DNA of 64,000 nt from Lama guanicoe (GCA_013239625.1 MU053629.1:4553567-4617566); one strand, 5' to 3'. Shown: positions 23,911 through 37,393, counted from the first letter of the stretch. Notes: generated from the letters alone by a model not told the origin. Made by a program: numbers and translations.

Positions 23911-26574
23911 AATCAGTAAAAATTTATCCAACACCTACTGTGTGCGGGGCTTTGTGTTAGAGGGGTTATGAAAGCCAGGATAGGCTTACAGAGATTAAGC
24001 TAAGAAAGCTATTTGGATGACTTCAAATTATGGCTCAGTTAACCTTATCATGGTCACTTTGTTACTTTTCTGTCCAAGCCATCCTTGTCCTTTAGAGAAT
24101 GTCGTGTAAGCAGTTGCCTGAGCTCCTAGGCCTGGTGCCACGTTGGCTGCCACCGGCTCCTCACCAGGCTTGGTCCTCAGAGGTCAGCTGCCAAGAGTGG
24201 GCCCATGCCTTGGGTTTCATCACCACCCTTTATAGTTTGTCCTCTATGGTGAGTTACTTTGCCGTGTGGAACACAAGCTTCTCTGTTAATACAAACACAG
24301 ATCAAACCCAGTATTTCAGCAGGAGAAAATATTCCTTGGATTTGGAAGGATTATAGAAAATAAAAAACAACTCGTAAATACTTGCTTTGGAGAAACTGTC
24401 AAATGGCATACTTCATATCATTACTATGACTGTCTTAATCGTAGTGCAAAGAGATGTTTGTAGATTGCTAAAAAATTCTTACAATGATTAGAAAAGTGTA
24501 TATAGTTTTTCCAGTTGATTTGGCACAGATCTGAAATGAAAAAGCAACCCTTTTTATTTATGTATTTTGTGAGGTAAATAAATAAAGTTGGAAAACAGGT
24601 CAATTTCATGCATGCGAGGTTTTATAGTAGGGGAAAAAAATGCATTGCACCTGTTCTGACCCTTTACATTTAAGGTTATTTGTTTTCAAACTTGACCCCA
24701 AGCACCAGTTTCAGACAACTCTATAATTAATTTGTTAGATAAAGCATAAGGATATTTTATTTGTTTTGATTTCTAGGACTGGGTTAAAGTAGTAACTGAA
24801 ATTACTAACCTCTTGTACATAGCAGTTAATTAAAGAAAGGCATTAACTGTAGGAGAGCACCGCCACTGCTGTTGTCTTGTATCAGTATAAAAAGGCAGTA
24901 ATTTTTTTGACAGCCACTGATTGGAAAGTTGCTTGCAGCCTTCCAGAAGCAAGGGGGTACATGCTGTGGATCAATAACCGGCAAATTTCCCATTAAAAAG
25001 AATACCTGAGCAATGTTCCAAATAGCCACTGGCATCTTAATTTTCCATGGAAACCTCAAATACTTCTGTGCTGAGGACAAGTCATTTTCGGACAATTTTT
25101 CCAGACTACTTGTTAACAGTTATTGCTGTCCCAAAAGGTTGACAGCCTACATGATTGATATTTCATTTACTTGTCATCACTGTTTGAGTAATGGCGAGCG
25201 CTATATTTCTGTGGTTTTAAGGAATATAGTTTCCTGGAAGTCATTTGCCTCAGTATGTATTCCAGAGAGGGTGGCACACATGTTTTTGCTCTAGGTACGC
25301 AAGTTTTTACGTCCATGGAAGGAGAGGATCAGTTTCCTTTTACAGTTTGAAAGCCCTTGGAGAGCAGGGGGTACCTATGTCAGTCCAAAAGCCATCAAAA
25401 GCCCACGTCCACTTTGTCTTTAGGGTGAAGAGACTTAGACTTGTCAGCTTGTGATTCCCAAGATGATGTTGAATTATATAACTCCCCTTTTATTTCTAAG
25501 GGAAAAACAAGCTTGATCTTGTAATGATTTTAATATACGTAAAAGCAGTAGGAAGACATATGTATATATCTTCTAAAAAGAAACTTCAAGAATATCAGCA
25601 AAGAATGATTGTCAGGAATTTTCTGAAAATGTGATAAACAGAAAATGTGCATGTGTTTTTTTAATATAGAAACCACGAGGATTCAAGGGCAGTTCTGCTT
25701 TGTGACAGCCCCTCAAAACACAAATTCAGTGCTTTTTATCATTGATATTTTCCACCAAGAGCATCACTGTGTTGTTTGTCAGGTGTTAAAAGAAGCAAGG
25801 GCACAGAAACCATCTCCAAGTTAGATGGACATATGGTCACCAATTAGCGTATTAAGGAAAATGCAACTGGACCAGAATACAGCCTACTGAATGCATTTGT
25901 GTTTGTGATGGAGTGTAAAAGCTTTTTCAACTTGGAACTTTATTTTTCATGCCCAGATTTTTAAAGTGAAATTTGATCTAGAGTGTTTAGAAGACTAAAA
26001 CATGAGAGGGATGCTTGCTTGAAACTAGGCAGCCTTTTTATCATATTAATCCCATCATCTTTGGGTGGATTATATCTTGTTTGTTCGTTCCACAGTCTGT
26101 ACGATTTTGATTTCTATTATTGGTACATTTTATACACAAATATGAATAATGTTTGGTTAACTAACTGGCATACAGGTCCAAGCGAAATGTGAGGCATCTC
26201 CATTTTGCTTTGTAAAATCCAGGGAAAAACAACAAAAGGCAATTTGAGAAATTTCTCCTAAAATGCTTTTTGTGTCATTTTAAATATATATCATTTTCAA
26301 AATATTTCTAGGGATCAAATACAAACCTAAAGTCTCAATCAACATTTTTTTACTCTTAAAGATAAATGACAGTGTGGAGGGTAACACCATGCTGGATTTT
26401 CAATTTTGAATATTCACTCTAGTCATTTTGATGTGCAAATAGGGAAAAAGAACTCTCAAGGCTGATATGTATATACCAGCAATTTACAAAAGTACTGTGA
26501 ATTAAACAACCCATAAGTGTCTGTTTCAGTATTCATACATTACTGAGTAATCTCTTTCTGTAATCTCTTTGCAG

Positions 26575-26644
26575 TATTATTCCACAGTAATGGAACAGCA
26601 AGTAAATGGACAGTTAATAGAGCCTTTGCAGATATTTCCAAGAG
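26575..26644 (+). CDS. MAP2K5: MAP2K5 exon 4 (70 nt): YYSTVMEQQVNGQLIEPLQIFPR(A)
   Basis: Acceptor ctctttgcag|TATTAT, donor CCAAGAG|gtaatg. Continues the frame from exon 3. Contains the ATG at 26590 (Met90). Confidence 0.97.
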
Positions 26645-28179
26645 GTAATGTTGGACAAATTCTAATCAACAGTGATTATTTCAGTAAAGTGTTTCATCAA
26701 CAGTTATGTTTTCCAAAGGTTTAAATGCGCATAACATGATGTTTCGTTCTTAATTTGAAAAAACAAAGGAAGTATTCATTATTGTGGGGATTGCAGGCTA
26801 TGTTATAGTTATGGCAGATAAAATATCTAATTTACTAGAGTAAATTAAACTAACTAGATTGTTTTTTGTTTTTGAAGTACATACTTACTTTCGCTTAAAG
26901 AACTCTTCGGGGATCCACATGATTTCTAAACCAAAGCAAATGAATGGCTGTAATTTTGGATATTTATAAATTGTGGCTCAGGATGGTAGACAGAGCCTCT
27001 GTTGAGTAGAAAGCTGTCAGCTAGTGCAGAAGCCAAGGTTTACTGGGAGGTTTTAGGAGAGAGATTTTGGTGGAATGTTTCGTGCTTGATTTTGGGGGGA
27101 GACGTTTTCTAAATAGTTGGAAATCCTCACAAGTGGGAATTGTACGAAGTCTCCAAAAATAGGAGCTGATGAGAGTGAGTCTTGGTGAATCACCTGGTCA
27201 AATCATTCGTGTTTCCCTTTAGATTTGGTAGTATTAGCGTTGTATCAGATAGGATTGCTCGACTGTGTATCAGCATTCCCTCAAAATGTGAATAATGGTG
27301 AAAAAGAACAGTTTAATTATATAAACCATTAAGTCTTTCCCCCATTATACATTGCCCCACTTGGAATCTCTGTTTTCTAACTGATGGAACAGATAAGAAA
27401 ATTATGTAAGTAAGTCTTGTAGAAATAACTTAATTGAAATAATTAAAAGTTAAACTTTCGTTAACTGATACTGTACAAATAATCATGGTATGAGGTTTCC
27501 AATTAACCATTCTAGACTTTCATTACCTGTAACTCTCTGAAGTTTGAATGGCTCAATTAACTGGTAGACTCCTGTTTGCAATGATAAAAGTCTCCAAAGG
27601 CAGCTGGCTCGTCCAGCCCATGGGAAGATGTGGATTCAAGACTAATGCTGTTCTTCTAACATTAACGTGGGGGTGGGATTAGGAATGCTTCGTACAATAT
27701 TAATAATAACTTGTTAAAGAGCTAAGTAAGTAAATAAAATCGGGCCATTGATAGTGTCTGAAACAAGATTATGATTAATCCAGTTCTGTTGTACCTGAAG
27801 GCTAAAAACTAAAGCAAAATAAATTAAAAAAAGGAAAATGTTGCCATTTCTATGTATTAGGCCAATAACAGGATGCAGATTGTTTCCAAATATTTTCAAT
27901 GACCAGAGAATTTGGGCAAGTTTCAGAATTGTTTCTCCATAGGGAATATTTTTTTTACCAACTGAAAATTTCCATTAATTGCTTTTCTACTTGATGACTT
28001 TATAGCTCTGTTGTTGTAGCAAACCCTAGTACAGCATCCTGGAGAATTATAATTCTCACGCTATGGGTCTTCATTTTTTTTTCCCCAAAAATACTTATTT
28101 CTCTTCATGCAAAATCTTTCCAAGTTCTGTTTGTTTTATTTTGTCAGCAGTCCCTGTCAGTCTCACTGTCCACACCACT

Positions 28180-28370
28180 GTGATAATAATGTGACAGTTA
28201 AAGCCATTTTTAGACATCATCTCTGCTCAGACACTAATGCTGCTTTGTGTGTCACCATTTCTAATTCGCCCAACACTTCTGCCTGTCATTGCTTCCATTG
28301 TATACACGAGAATATTGAAGTTCAGAGATGTTAAGTAACTTCATAGTCACACAGTTTATAAGTGGTTAAT
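28180..28370 (-). mobile_element. MIR SINE
   Basis: gagaatattgaagttcagagatgttaagtaacttc..gtcacacagtttataagtgg. Confidence 0.65.
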
Positions 28371-30168
28371 ATATCCTTAGAATAAGAAGTTTGTTTAAAT
28401 TCTAATTTGCTTAAAATGGAAGGGCTGTATACTCGTATGTAGGTTAAAATATTAATGGAGAGTGCATAGTTTGGAGGGCTTGGCGGCAGTGTGGAGAAGA
28501 GCTTATCGTAGGGAGAAGATTCTTTAAAGACGAAAATGCATGAGATGTGAGTATCCCGTGTAAGTCCTAGCACAGGGCCCCCCAGCCTCCAATAAATTAT
28601 TAAATGTAGTTCTTCCAAGCCACGTTTAATCTCTATGGTTTTTTGTATAATACTGTAAAACTCTTTCTAGCTTTTTACAGTCTTTTGCTTTTTGCTTATT
28701 TATCTACATAAAATGTAGGTTTAATCCAATTTTATTTTTAATATAATTTATATAAATCTTATAGAAAGTCTTTTTATAAAGTATTAATAAATATGAACAT
28801 TCACTAGCTTTACAGTAACTTCTGACTCTACAACTGTAGGAAATATGAGATTACTGGGTTTTTTGAATACTGCTTAGATTTCCAATCATAAAGATTTTAA
28901 GAAGCCAGTTGAGGAACGAGGGCGATGCTAAGGTAGGAGATAAGAGTTGATGCTAGTCTCTGATTCCTTGGTTAGCCACTTTCTTACTAAGTGAAGTTTA
29001 AGGATGGCCTGAATACTTCAGAGGAAATGCTCTGCAGTGTTGTCTTTGGAAGTATTAATGACCTGTAAAGGACCAGGCATCAAATGTATGGGACTGTTGA
29101 TTTGTTCAGGAAGTTAATTTTCATTTTAAGGGAAGAGGATTTGGCATCTTAATTTTAATGTATTACAGAAAAACAAATAAAAAAATTCTTTATTGAAGCT
29201 TGGAATTTTCTTTTTAGGAAAATAACAGAATAAATTTGAATATACTTGAAATATACAAAACTAAAGCAACTGGCATGCTTTGTAATTATTACCCACATCT
29301 TATTATTATTAAACAGCTCTATTTCTTGGCAGAAACAGAGGAAAATACATGTACATCTGAGAAAGGAGTGAAAAAAAAATCAAATTCATCCTTCCCTAAA
29401 CAATCAATCAAAATTGACAGCCCCTTAATATGCAGTATGTAGGACACGGTAGTTTTCAGATGGAAGCAGCCTATAACACGGGCAGGAAGCACTTTATATA
29501 ATTAACATTTGATGAAGAAGTATTTGTTGAATTGGAAAAGTACTAACTAAGCTGTAACTCAAGATAGTGTCAGGGAAGTAACACTGTTTTTCCTGGTACT
29601 GCTTAATCTTTAGACTGAAGTATTGGCAGATGTCAAGATTTGCAAGAAATATAATGAAATTAATGATATCTCTATATTTTGAAAAATTTGACTGCTTATT
29701 GCTGTGCAAACTAGTTATCCAACTTACATATTTCATCTTAGAATCTCTAGTAATCTTTTTGGCATTAAAAGACCCTTCTCCCTTTCCCCTCCAAAGACCG
29801 TAGCTGTTTCAATGTAGTCTAAGTGATAGCAGATATACAATGTAATAGAGTGAGGAAAGATTGCAGGAATTTGAATTATGAAAGGAATCTAATCATTTTA
29901 GCTCAGTTAACTCGATTTTTATATGTTTTAAGCAGAAATTGGAATTTATATGAGGTGGTGTCAGAAAGCTCTTTGCATTTATAAATGCTCACTCCTGCAA
30001 GTTAAAAACCCTGGTTCATAATTCCCACTTTGGGTCTTGGGAGCCACTTTTCAATCATTTCTCTCTGCTAATTTTGGTGTCACCCTCATTTCTTTTTAAA
30101 CGATTCATTTTGAGCAAATTTGTAAATGGCCCTGATGTGTTCTACAATTTAGTCAATTACTGTTTCAG

Positions 30169-30209
30169 CCTGCAAGCCTCCTGGGGAACGGAACATACAT
30201 GGCCTGAAG
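30169..30209 (+). CDS. MAP2K5: MAP2K5 exon 5 (41 nt): (A)CKPPGERNIHGLK
   Basis: Acceptor ctgtttcag|CCTGC, donor CTGAAG|gtacga. Also visible as part of ORF 30074..30310 in another frame. Confidence 0.96.
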
Positions 30210-31169
30210 GTACGAATTTCAATAATTGTTTCAGTAAAGTTAGATGGATTTGTAATGCTGTGTTCCACTTATTGAAATGTCAAATAAAACTGCACTTTCT
30301 CAAGCTCTGACAAGCGATCCTTTTTTTTTTTTTTTAAATGGGAAGTGGAGGGGGATTCATCTGTAGTATTTGCTCAATATGTGTATATATTTGGATACAG
30401 GGATTTTGGTGCCTTTTTTTTTTTCATTTGAAACTCTTTTGGTCTGTTTCTTCAGGACCTGGGTGCTGGTCTCCACAAAGATTTATTTGCGTGAAAATAT
30501 AGACTTCATTTCAGTGATTAATTAAGCACATAAGCATATTGCACACAGAATACCCCCCTCTTCTTTTGACATATTTATGCTAGAAACATATATCTATTTA
30601 ATGTCCTTTCATTGTTCTGCGTATTTTGAATTCTGGGTTTCTGCTTAAGGCTTTACGTTTGAAAGAAAAACTGGCTGTTGTATTAGACTCAAGCATTTTA
30701 TAATTAATTACATGGAGCTCATTTTTCAGTGAAATAACATTCTGCAGTGTTCTGCTTGGTTTTAGAGCTGGAGGAATATAATAACATGGGGTTCACTACT
30801 AACTCCTAAATGTGTTCTTAATATACTTTTTTGAACATACTGTTTTTATATATACAACAAATCCATGAATTGTATTTTTTCCTCTAGAATTGAATTCAGT
30901 TCTAGACAGTGAGTTGAAAATTTCCCGTTTATCTCTCCCTTTTTCAGCACCGTTTTAATATTTGAATAATGACAGGAAGAAAGCATTATGTAATATACAG
31001 GTTGTACATTTCTGTAACCTATATACTGAATAGACTCCAACCACGGGTCTATTGAGCAACAAGCTAATTAACCTTCATAGTGAAATGAGAAATTTGTGGC
31101 AAATTATAGGTTAATTAGAACTGTGTCCTCAGAACACAGAACTGATCAAGACTCTTTCTTTACTCGTAG

Positions 31170-31237
31170 GTGAACACCCGGGCAGGACCCTCTCAACACA
31201 GCAGCCCAGCAGTCTCAGATTCACTTCCAAGCAATAG
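31170..31237 (+). CDS. MAP2K5: MAP2K5 exon 6 (68 nt): VNTRAGPSQHSSPAVSDSLPSN(S)
   Basis: Acceptor ctttctttactcgtag|GTGAAC, donor CAATAG|gtgaga. In frame with exons 5 and 7. Confidence 0.96.
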
Positions 31238-32834
31238 GTGAGAGCAAGCAAGTGAAGTGTGCCCATAAGCATGAGTATCTACAGTGAGGGGGTGGGGTGG
31301 GGAAGAGGCTTGTGGGACGATGCCTCTTTCCTGTAGGACCACAGAAGTGTGTATGTGACTAAGGAGAAATCTGACCGAGGGGGTAACCCTAGCTATGTAC
31401 CGACGAAAAGAAAGGACCTCATAGAGAAAGATAAAATTAGACACACTGAACTATTAATTTTGGTGGAATGGCTTTCCTTCAGTCTCCAAATTGTACAGAA
31501 AATCCAGTGCGTTTGACTGTTTATGCTTTAATGACCTGTTTGTATAATGCATATTACTTTTGTGTTGCTTGTCCATCTCTTGGCAGTGTCGTGATCCTCT
31601 AACACCTTCCCCAGAAAGAGGCAACGAAAGTGTAAAGTGGTGACATTTAAGTTCACCAGACAAGCTGCTCGTTTTTGTGTCCTTGGCTATACAAGAGATT
31701 GAACTAGTATAGAAGGAAGATAATTTTTATTAATTCATGCTAATGTTGTCCCACAACTGGGATGCATACTGAAGACTTGAGACTCTCCGAAGTGTTCTTC
31801 TGACAGGCCTGAGAACTTACTGCCAGAATATTAAGGTTCTCAAGCATCGGGACTTGCTTAAGCCGATAGAATTGTAGGTCATGTTTGTTATACACTCAGT
31901 TATTCAGCTGGTCAACATCATATTACTGTACTTGAAGATGACACTGTGAGGGTGATTGCTCTGTGTGTATGTATTCACACTGGTGGCTGAAAAGCCAACA
32001 CCGAGCCAGAAAACCTTCACTGTGTGCCCAGGTCTTTCTGGGTTTAGGGCAGCAGCCAGTGTTTGCATCTGTGTCTGCTGAGATGTAGTTGAGGCTTCCG
32101 CTTTCCCTTCCATGCCCCTCCTTACTGCCTTCACCCAGCTTCTTGGTTCTTCCGCTGCCGGGCTTTACTGCAGGCAATTTAAAGTGTCTCTTTCTGAGTC
32201 TCTCTGGTCTCCTGTCCCCTCCCGAAAAGTCACTTCTTTGATTACCTTTTGGTAGTGTCAGTATACCTCCCTGTGGCTTTCCTGCTATGAACACACTACT
32301 CTTAAAGTGTATTTCCTTCTTAAACAATTTACTCTGTCTTCAGACACATCCCCTGGTTATTCACCAGTAGATCATGTGTCTTTTGGTCCCAAGGGGTAGG
32401 TCTTTTCGTCCTCATCCAGCCAGTTGGCCCTGCCAGGCGATGCTCAGTGGCTTCTCTCTTCTGTCCTGTTGGGCATGTGAGCCATGGCCCACCGAGTAGA
32501 GGCATGGGGACTGAGGTGTCTTGTTCCACTCAGCTCAAAGAGTGCAGGGCATTTAATTCTTACTGCTGCTTCTAGAAAAGATGTTATTCAGACAGACTGA
32601 CTAGGAGCCGTAGGGGAAAGCAGGGACTTTTCCTGGTGTTTTAGATCAAAGTTCATCATGGTATAACAAGCAGGACGGAGGGAAAAGTTGGTAAGAGAGA
32701 TCCAGCAGTGTAACATTCCGATCTCTCAGATTTGGTTTTAACCAAAACCCAAGTGAATTAGCCTGATTTTTAAAAAAATTATTATTTATATTCACAGAAT
32801 ATTAAAATCTTCAGGTTGAACAGAGACCGCCTAT

Positions 32835-33015
32835 CTAGTGGTTCTCAGCCCTTTGTTGCAACGTCTCCCCTTAGGGGTATGACAGCCTCCCAAATAGTAA
32901 TGGCAGTTTGCCCCAGGAGTGACTTTTATTATGGGAGGAATGCAGTTTGAAAAAGCCCCACAGGTGATTTTAATATGCCACCCTAGGTTGACCATGTTCT
33001 GTTCTCCACGTTGGT
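32835..33015. mobile_element. hAT-Charlie MITE (MER5-like)
   Basis: ctagtggttctcagccc start; gcagtttgaaaaagccccacaggtgattttaatatgc..ctaggttg. Confidence 0.55.
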
Positions 33016-33019
33016 AACA

Positions 33020-33570
33020 AATCAAAAGTATTTACTGAGTGCCTCCTGTTTATCTGGTGCTGTCCTACCCTCTAGGAATACAGTGTGATCCTTATTCTCT
33101 GGAGCTTGCTGCATACAGACCAAAAAAAAAAACCCAATATATAAGTAATTATACATTATAATTAGTGTTATGAAGGGAACAAGCAGATTTTGAAGTGAGA
33201 GAACACGGGGCAGGAATGTGTTTAGATTTAGACTGGGTGCCCAGGTGAGTGACATTCCACCTCGTCCTAGAGGATGAGAAGGACCTCACCACGTCAAGAG
33301 TTAGAGAAGGCACATCAGAGGGTGGGGAGAGCCTAAGTGAAGGCCCTGGGGTGGAAATGGAGCTCCGCATGTTCAGTTTGGCTGGAGCACAGGGGGGTGG
33401 GTGGGAGAGGGGGTAGAACAGTAGGCGTGATGGGAGAAAAGGAAGTAGGCTGGAGCCCGATCACGTGGCGCTTGTGTTTAAACGTCCCTCTCAGTGTGTT
33501 GGCTAAGCCGTTGGACGGCCTTCAGCAGAAGAGCGGCCATGGGCAGTTCTGTGTTTCTGACTCTTTGCCT
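33020..33570 (-). mobile_element. L2 LINE
   Basis: caaaagtatttactgagtgcctcctgt, ctctggagcttgc, ggtgagtgacatt, gaaggccctggggtgg, cagcagaagag. Confidence 0.7.
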
Positions 33571-33599
33571 GTGCTCCGGAGCGTGAGAAGGGGAAGCCC

Positions 33600-33850
33600 A
33601 ACCTAATCCTGCTCTCCTTGGGGGCCGACTCCCCGCTGCACCAGATGGTCATCCCGGCTCTTCCCGAGCATCCCTGTGGCAGGAGTGCACTTCACTGGCA
33701 GAGACAGTCGTCCCATTGTCTGTGGCTGTGTGTCAGAACGTTCTTTTTCATGAGCTGAGATTTGTCTCCCTTTAGCGCCCACCCATGAAGATTGAGTTTA
33801 GCCCTCAGAACAGGGCTGTGCCCTCCTCTAAATGATAGCGCTTCCAGTCA
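33600..33850 (-). mobile_element. L3/CR1 3' fragment
   Basis: cccattgtctgtggctg..tcagaacgttctttttcatgagctgagatttgtctccc..cccacccat matches the antisense L3 3' consensus pattern. Confidence 0.55.
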
Positions 33851-34720
33851 CCTTCCTTCCCAACATGCTTCTCCTCCTGCATGTCCTGTCTCAGTGAATT
33901 CTCTGACATCCACCCTGTTAGTTGCTGACTCCAGCTGACCGGCCTCCTGGGCCTCCCTCAGCCCCACGTCCAGTCAGTCCTTACATTTGTAGGATCTGCC
34001 TGCTGAGTCACTGTGCAGTCTGTCTACTTGCCAGCACTTCGGTTGCTGTACAAGTCATTCAGGCTTTCAGTATCACTGCTACAGCGTCCTAATAGTCCCC
34101 CGCTTCCGTCCTGCCCCACCGCAGTCCCTCTGCCACAGAGCAGCCACGGTGATCTTGCTGATGCGTGTTCTGAGCCCATCACCCCGCCTTTTACTGCTCC
34201 TCGGCGCAGACTGTACCCTTCACGGCAGGCCAGCAGTGGCCTCCCACACGTGGGGCCTCTGCCCGCGCCAGTCCCTCAGCCTGCCACTCCTTGTCTTCCA
34301 GCTGCTCTTCTGACTTTGCTGGTGGATACGTGGTACCCTGAATGGATCGCATTTCCTCTCATGGCTGGGCCTTCACTTCTGCTGCTGCTGCTTTCTTGCT
34401 TTTTTCTGCCTTTAATCCATTCCCTTCTTTGCCTTCTAGTCTGGCTAACCTTGGTCATCTTCGAGGAACAAAGCTGTTGTCTTCTTCTGAAAACTGTCCG
34501 AGATTATTACCCACCTCCCAGTCTACACCCAGTACCCATTCCATGAACTCCCATCATCTCCCTGTGCTGGCTTTTACTGTAGCAGTTAGCACATTACATT
34601 AACACTCACCTCTGTCCCCCAGGAGATTCGTACTCTCTGAGGGCAGTGACTGTAGCGTATTCATTCTTGAATTCCCAGTTCCCAACATGATGCTTGGGTA
34701 AGTGATTAGATGAATGAATT
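33850..34720 (+). mobile_element. L2 LINE
   Basis: ccacgtccagtcagtc, ccacagagcagccacggtgatctt, ctctctgagggcagtgactg, ends tgaatgaat. Confidence 0.7.
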
Positions 34721-34896
34721 TATAGTCCTTTTAAGTCTTGTCTTTGGATTAAATTCTCCCAACTCATTCAGCTTTTCTGATACATTTTTTCTGCTCCCCT
34801 CACCCTTTTACTCTTATTTGGAAATCTCAGTGTCCCTCTTAAAGCATCATACCCAGGTTACAGTTGTATCACATTTAAACTTTAAAATGTTTTTAG

Positions 34897-34993
34897 TGCA
34901 TGACGAGGTACTGGGGATTGAACCCAGGAAATAAAGAAAGAAAGAAAGAAACCTAATTCCCCCCACCCCCCAAAAAAAACCTTAAAAAAAAAA
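34897..34993. mobile_element. Camelid tRNA-SINE (Vic-1-like) fragment with internal orientation switch
   Basis: gaggtactggggattgaacccagga (antisense B-box arm) joined to the sense tail aataaa..acctaattcccccc + polyA. Confidence 0.7.
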
Positions 34994-36679
34994 GTTGTTT
35001 TTTTTTTAAAGTGATTTTTGGATAGCTCAAGTCACTGTGACCATGAAGATAAACAAAACATTGAGTAAACTAGGCCACAAAGAAATTGCCAGGATATATA
35101 AATACAATTTTTTTTTTAAAGAGACCAAGTTGGTAGCCAGATACTGGCATAATGAATGAAATCAGGTTTTTTTCCCTCTATTACTCTCAAAGCATGAATC
35201 GGTCCTTGCCTTCGGTGGATGACTGTTTTTTAAACTGAGCTTACTAACCCGCACGGTGTTCCTGGGCCTTAATTACTGAATTCAAGTCCTACTGCCGAGG
35301 CACGGCCTTTCCTGAGCATCTTGGCTTTCTCTTTCAGTACAATTGGGATGATTAAACTTTCCATCTATCTACCTCTGGTGTTAGGAAGATTGATGAAGCT
35401 GTATTAAGGAGTCACGTTTTGTTTCTTGGATGAAAGGTGTTTCGTAAATGCAATGAATCAAAATGTTATTATTTCAAGTTGCATGACATAATGGAATATC
35501 TGTGGAGAAACATCGCCTGGGCATTGCTTGGTTATTTCTATTTTTACAATAATTGCAGATATTAAATTGAGACCATTTATGGGAATACAAGGATCCAAAT
35601 GTTTCCCAGGGGGGAAAAAGAAAGTATGTGTTTGTGTAAGAGAGACAGACTGACTTTGTGCAAGGTCTGTACCTTACTTTTCTTTATACACCAGGAGTAA
35701 GTGTATATGCCCCACAGGTTACTGTGAGGCTTAAATCAGGGTGGTAAGTAATAGTATTTAGCACAGTGCTTGGCACATGCGCATCACTCAGGAAATGGTA
35801 GAGACTAATTTTTTTTCCCCCAACTGGACTGATTTTAGGCAGTTGTTTATTTTTTGGTATATATTTCAGCTTCAGTCCCTTTCTGCAGAATTTTTAACTG
35901 CCATTTCAGTGCATGAATTCTTAGACTTGGGAGGACATTACTGAAGTTTAGAGCCATTGGTGGAGGGCACATTTTATAAAATCTGGAGAAAGTAGAGACT
36001 AGGCCTCCATAGTCTGCATTTATCCATAGCAAAAGTTTAAGAAGTATTTAGAAAGAAAAATAATTATAACTTGGAATGGTAAGTGTGGTCAAACTTGTAA
36101 TCTGCAGTTTTTTTTAATATAACATATTAAGGGCACCAAATGAATGTGTGTGTGTTACCACCGTGTAATAACAACCAGAATAATGATCGCCATTTGTCAA
36201 ACACTTAGTGTGTGTCAAGTCACTGGGCTAGGTTCAGGGGTGGGAAGGAAGTGGAACATACAGAGGGGTAAGATGTGGTCTGTGTTCTGAGGGAGCTTCC
36301 AGCCTTAGGGGAGCAGATGGTGGGAAGAAAGACATCCACAGATAACTACCAAAGGGAGGAGAGTTAATTTAGCAGGAGGGTAGGGGGTTAGAGTACATGG
36401 ATTAAGGACAGAGTTACCAAGCTTTAAATTTCAAATTAAAACACTGATGGGAGGAGGTACTACTTTATACACCACTTTGCTCACTGGATGAATGTGTACA
36501 GGTGTGTGTAACTCATTATAAAGCTAGAAGGACGTCACAGACAGTGTCCTTTGGCCATGCTCCTTAAACTCATCCGCATAAGTGTTTACATAGTCATGTA
36601 TGTTCCATATTTCTCACATAGCTCTGGAAGCTGGGTCTCATACCTACAGGAAAGGAAAGGAAAGAGAAGGCAGCTAAAC

Positions 36680-36850
36680 TTGATTTAATACCTTCTATGT
36701 GCAAGGCACGGTGCTGGGGCTTTGTGTAATATTTAATTTTCTTGGTTACACTGTGATGTTGATATTTCCCCCATTTTATAGAAAGAGGAAGTCGAGGCTC
36801 AGCGAGGACAAGTATCCTGTCGCAGAGCACACAGCTACTGAGTAGCAGGG
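36680..36850 (-). mobile_element. MIR SINE
   Basis: cttctatgtgcaaggcacggtgctgggg..ccccattttatagaaagaggaagtcgaggctcag..cacacagctactgagtagcag. Confidence 0.75.
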
Positions 36851-37344
36851 TTTATTTCTGCTACGCATTTGCTTCCCAGTAAGCAGAATTGTAACTTTTA
36901 ACTATAGTGAAAAATCAGGACTTAAATTCTTTTATCTTCTGGAGCCTGTAATCGTCGCTGTGAGCGTTCTGTTGGAGTGCCTTGTTAAGTACTTGGTGTT
37001 TAGCAGATGACAGAGTCTACGTAAAATAGCCACTCGTAGGCCACCAAAAGGCACCAGAACTAATAGCAGAAAGAGGTCTCTGGACTAGTCCATACGATAT
37101 TCTAGTTTCATCACGACAGCGGGCTTCTTTCTTGCTTTGGATTACCAATGGGGTTGCAGTCCCTTTATCAATACCTTTGCCACTTGGCCAGTTACTTTTG
37201 AGAATATTTTATCTAGGGAGAAGGATGTAAAGAGTGTAGCCCATGTCTACCCCTAAAACTAAAGTGTCTTTTAGTCTGAAATTTTCAGTGGTGTTCAAAG
37301 GTGTTGACAGACTTGCCATTAAACATTATGTCTTTTCTTTTCAG

Positions 37345-37393
37345 CTTAAAGAAGTCTTCTGCTGAACTGAAAAAAATATTAGCCAATGGCCAG
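37345..37393 (+). CDS. MAP2K5: MAP2K5 exon 7 (49 nt): (S)LKKSSAELKKILANGQ
   Basis: Acceptor tcttttcttttcag|CTTAAA, donor GGCCAG|gtaggt. Confidence 0.96.

Noticed and set aside
26521..26574. Alternative acceptor ctgtttcag|tatt 45 nt upstream of exon 4
   Set aside because: Short pyrimidine tract, in-frame TAA, and no supporting evidence. The real acceptor is a strong CAG.
34013..34546. Longest ORF (177 aa)
   Set aside because: It lies inside a decayed L2 and gives a low-complexity P/L/S-rich translation with no recognisable domain.
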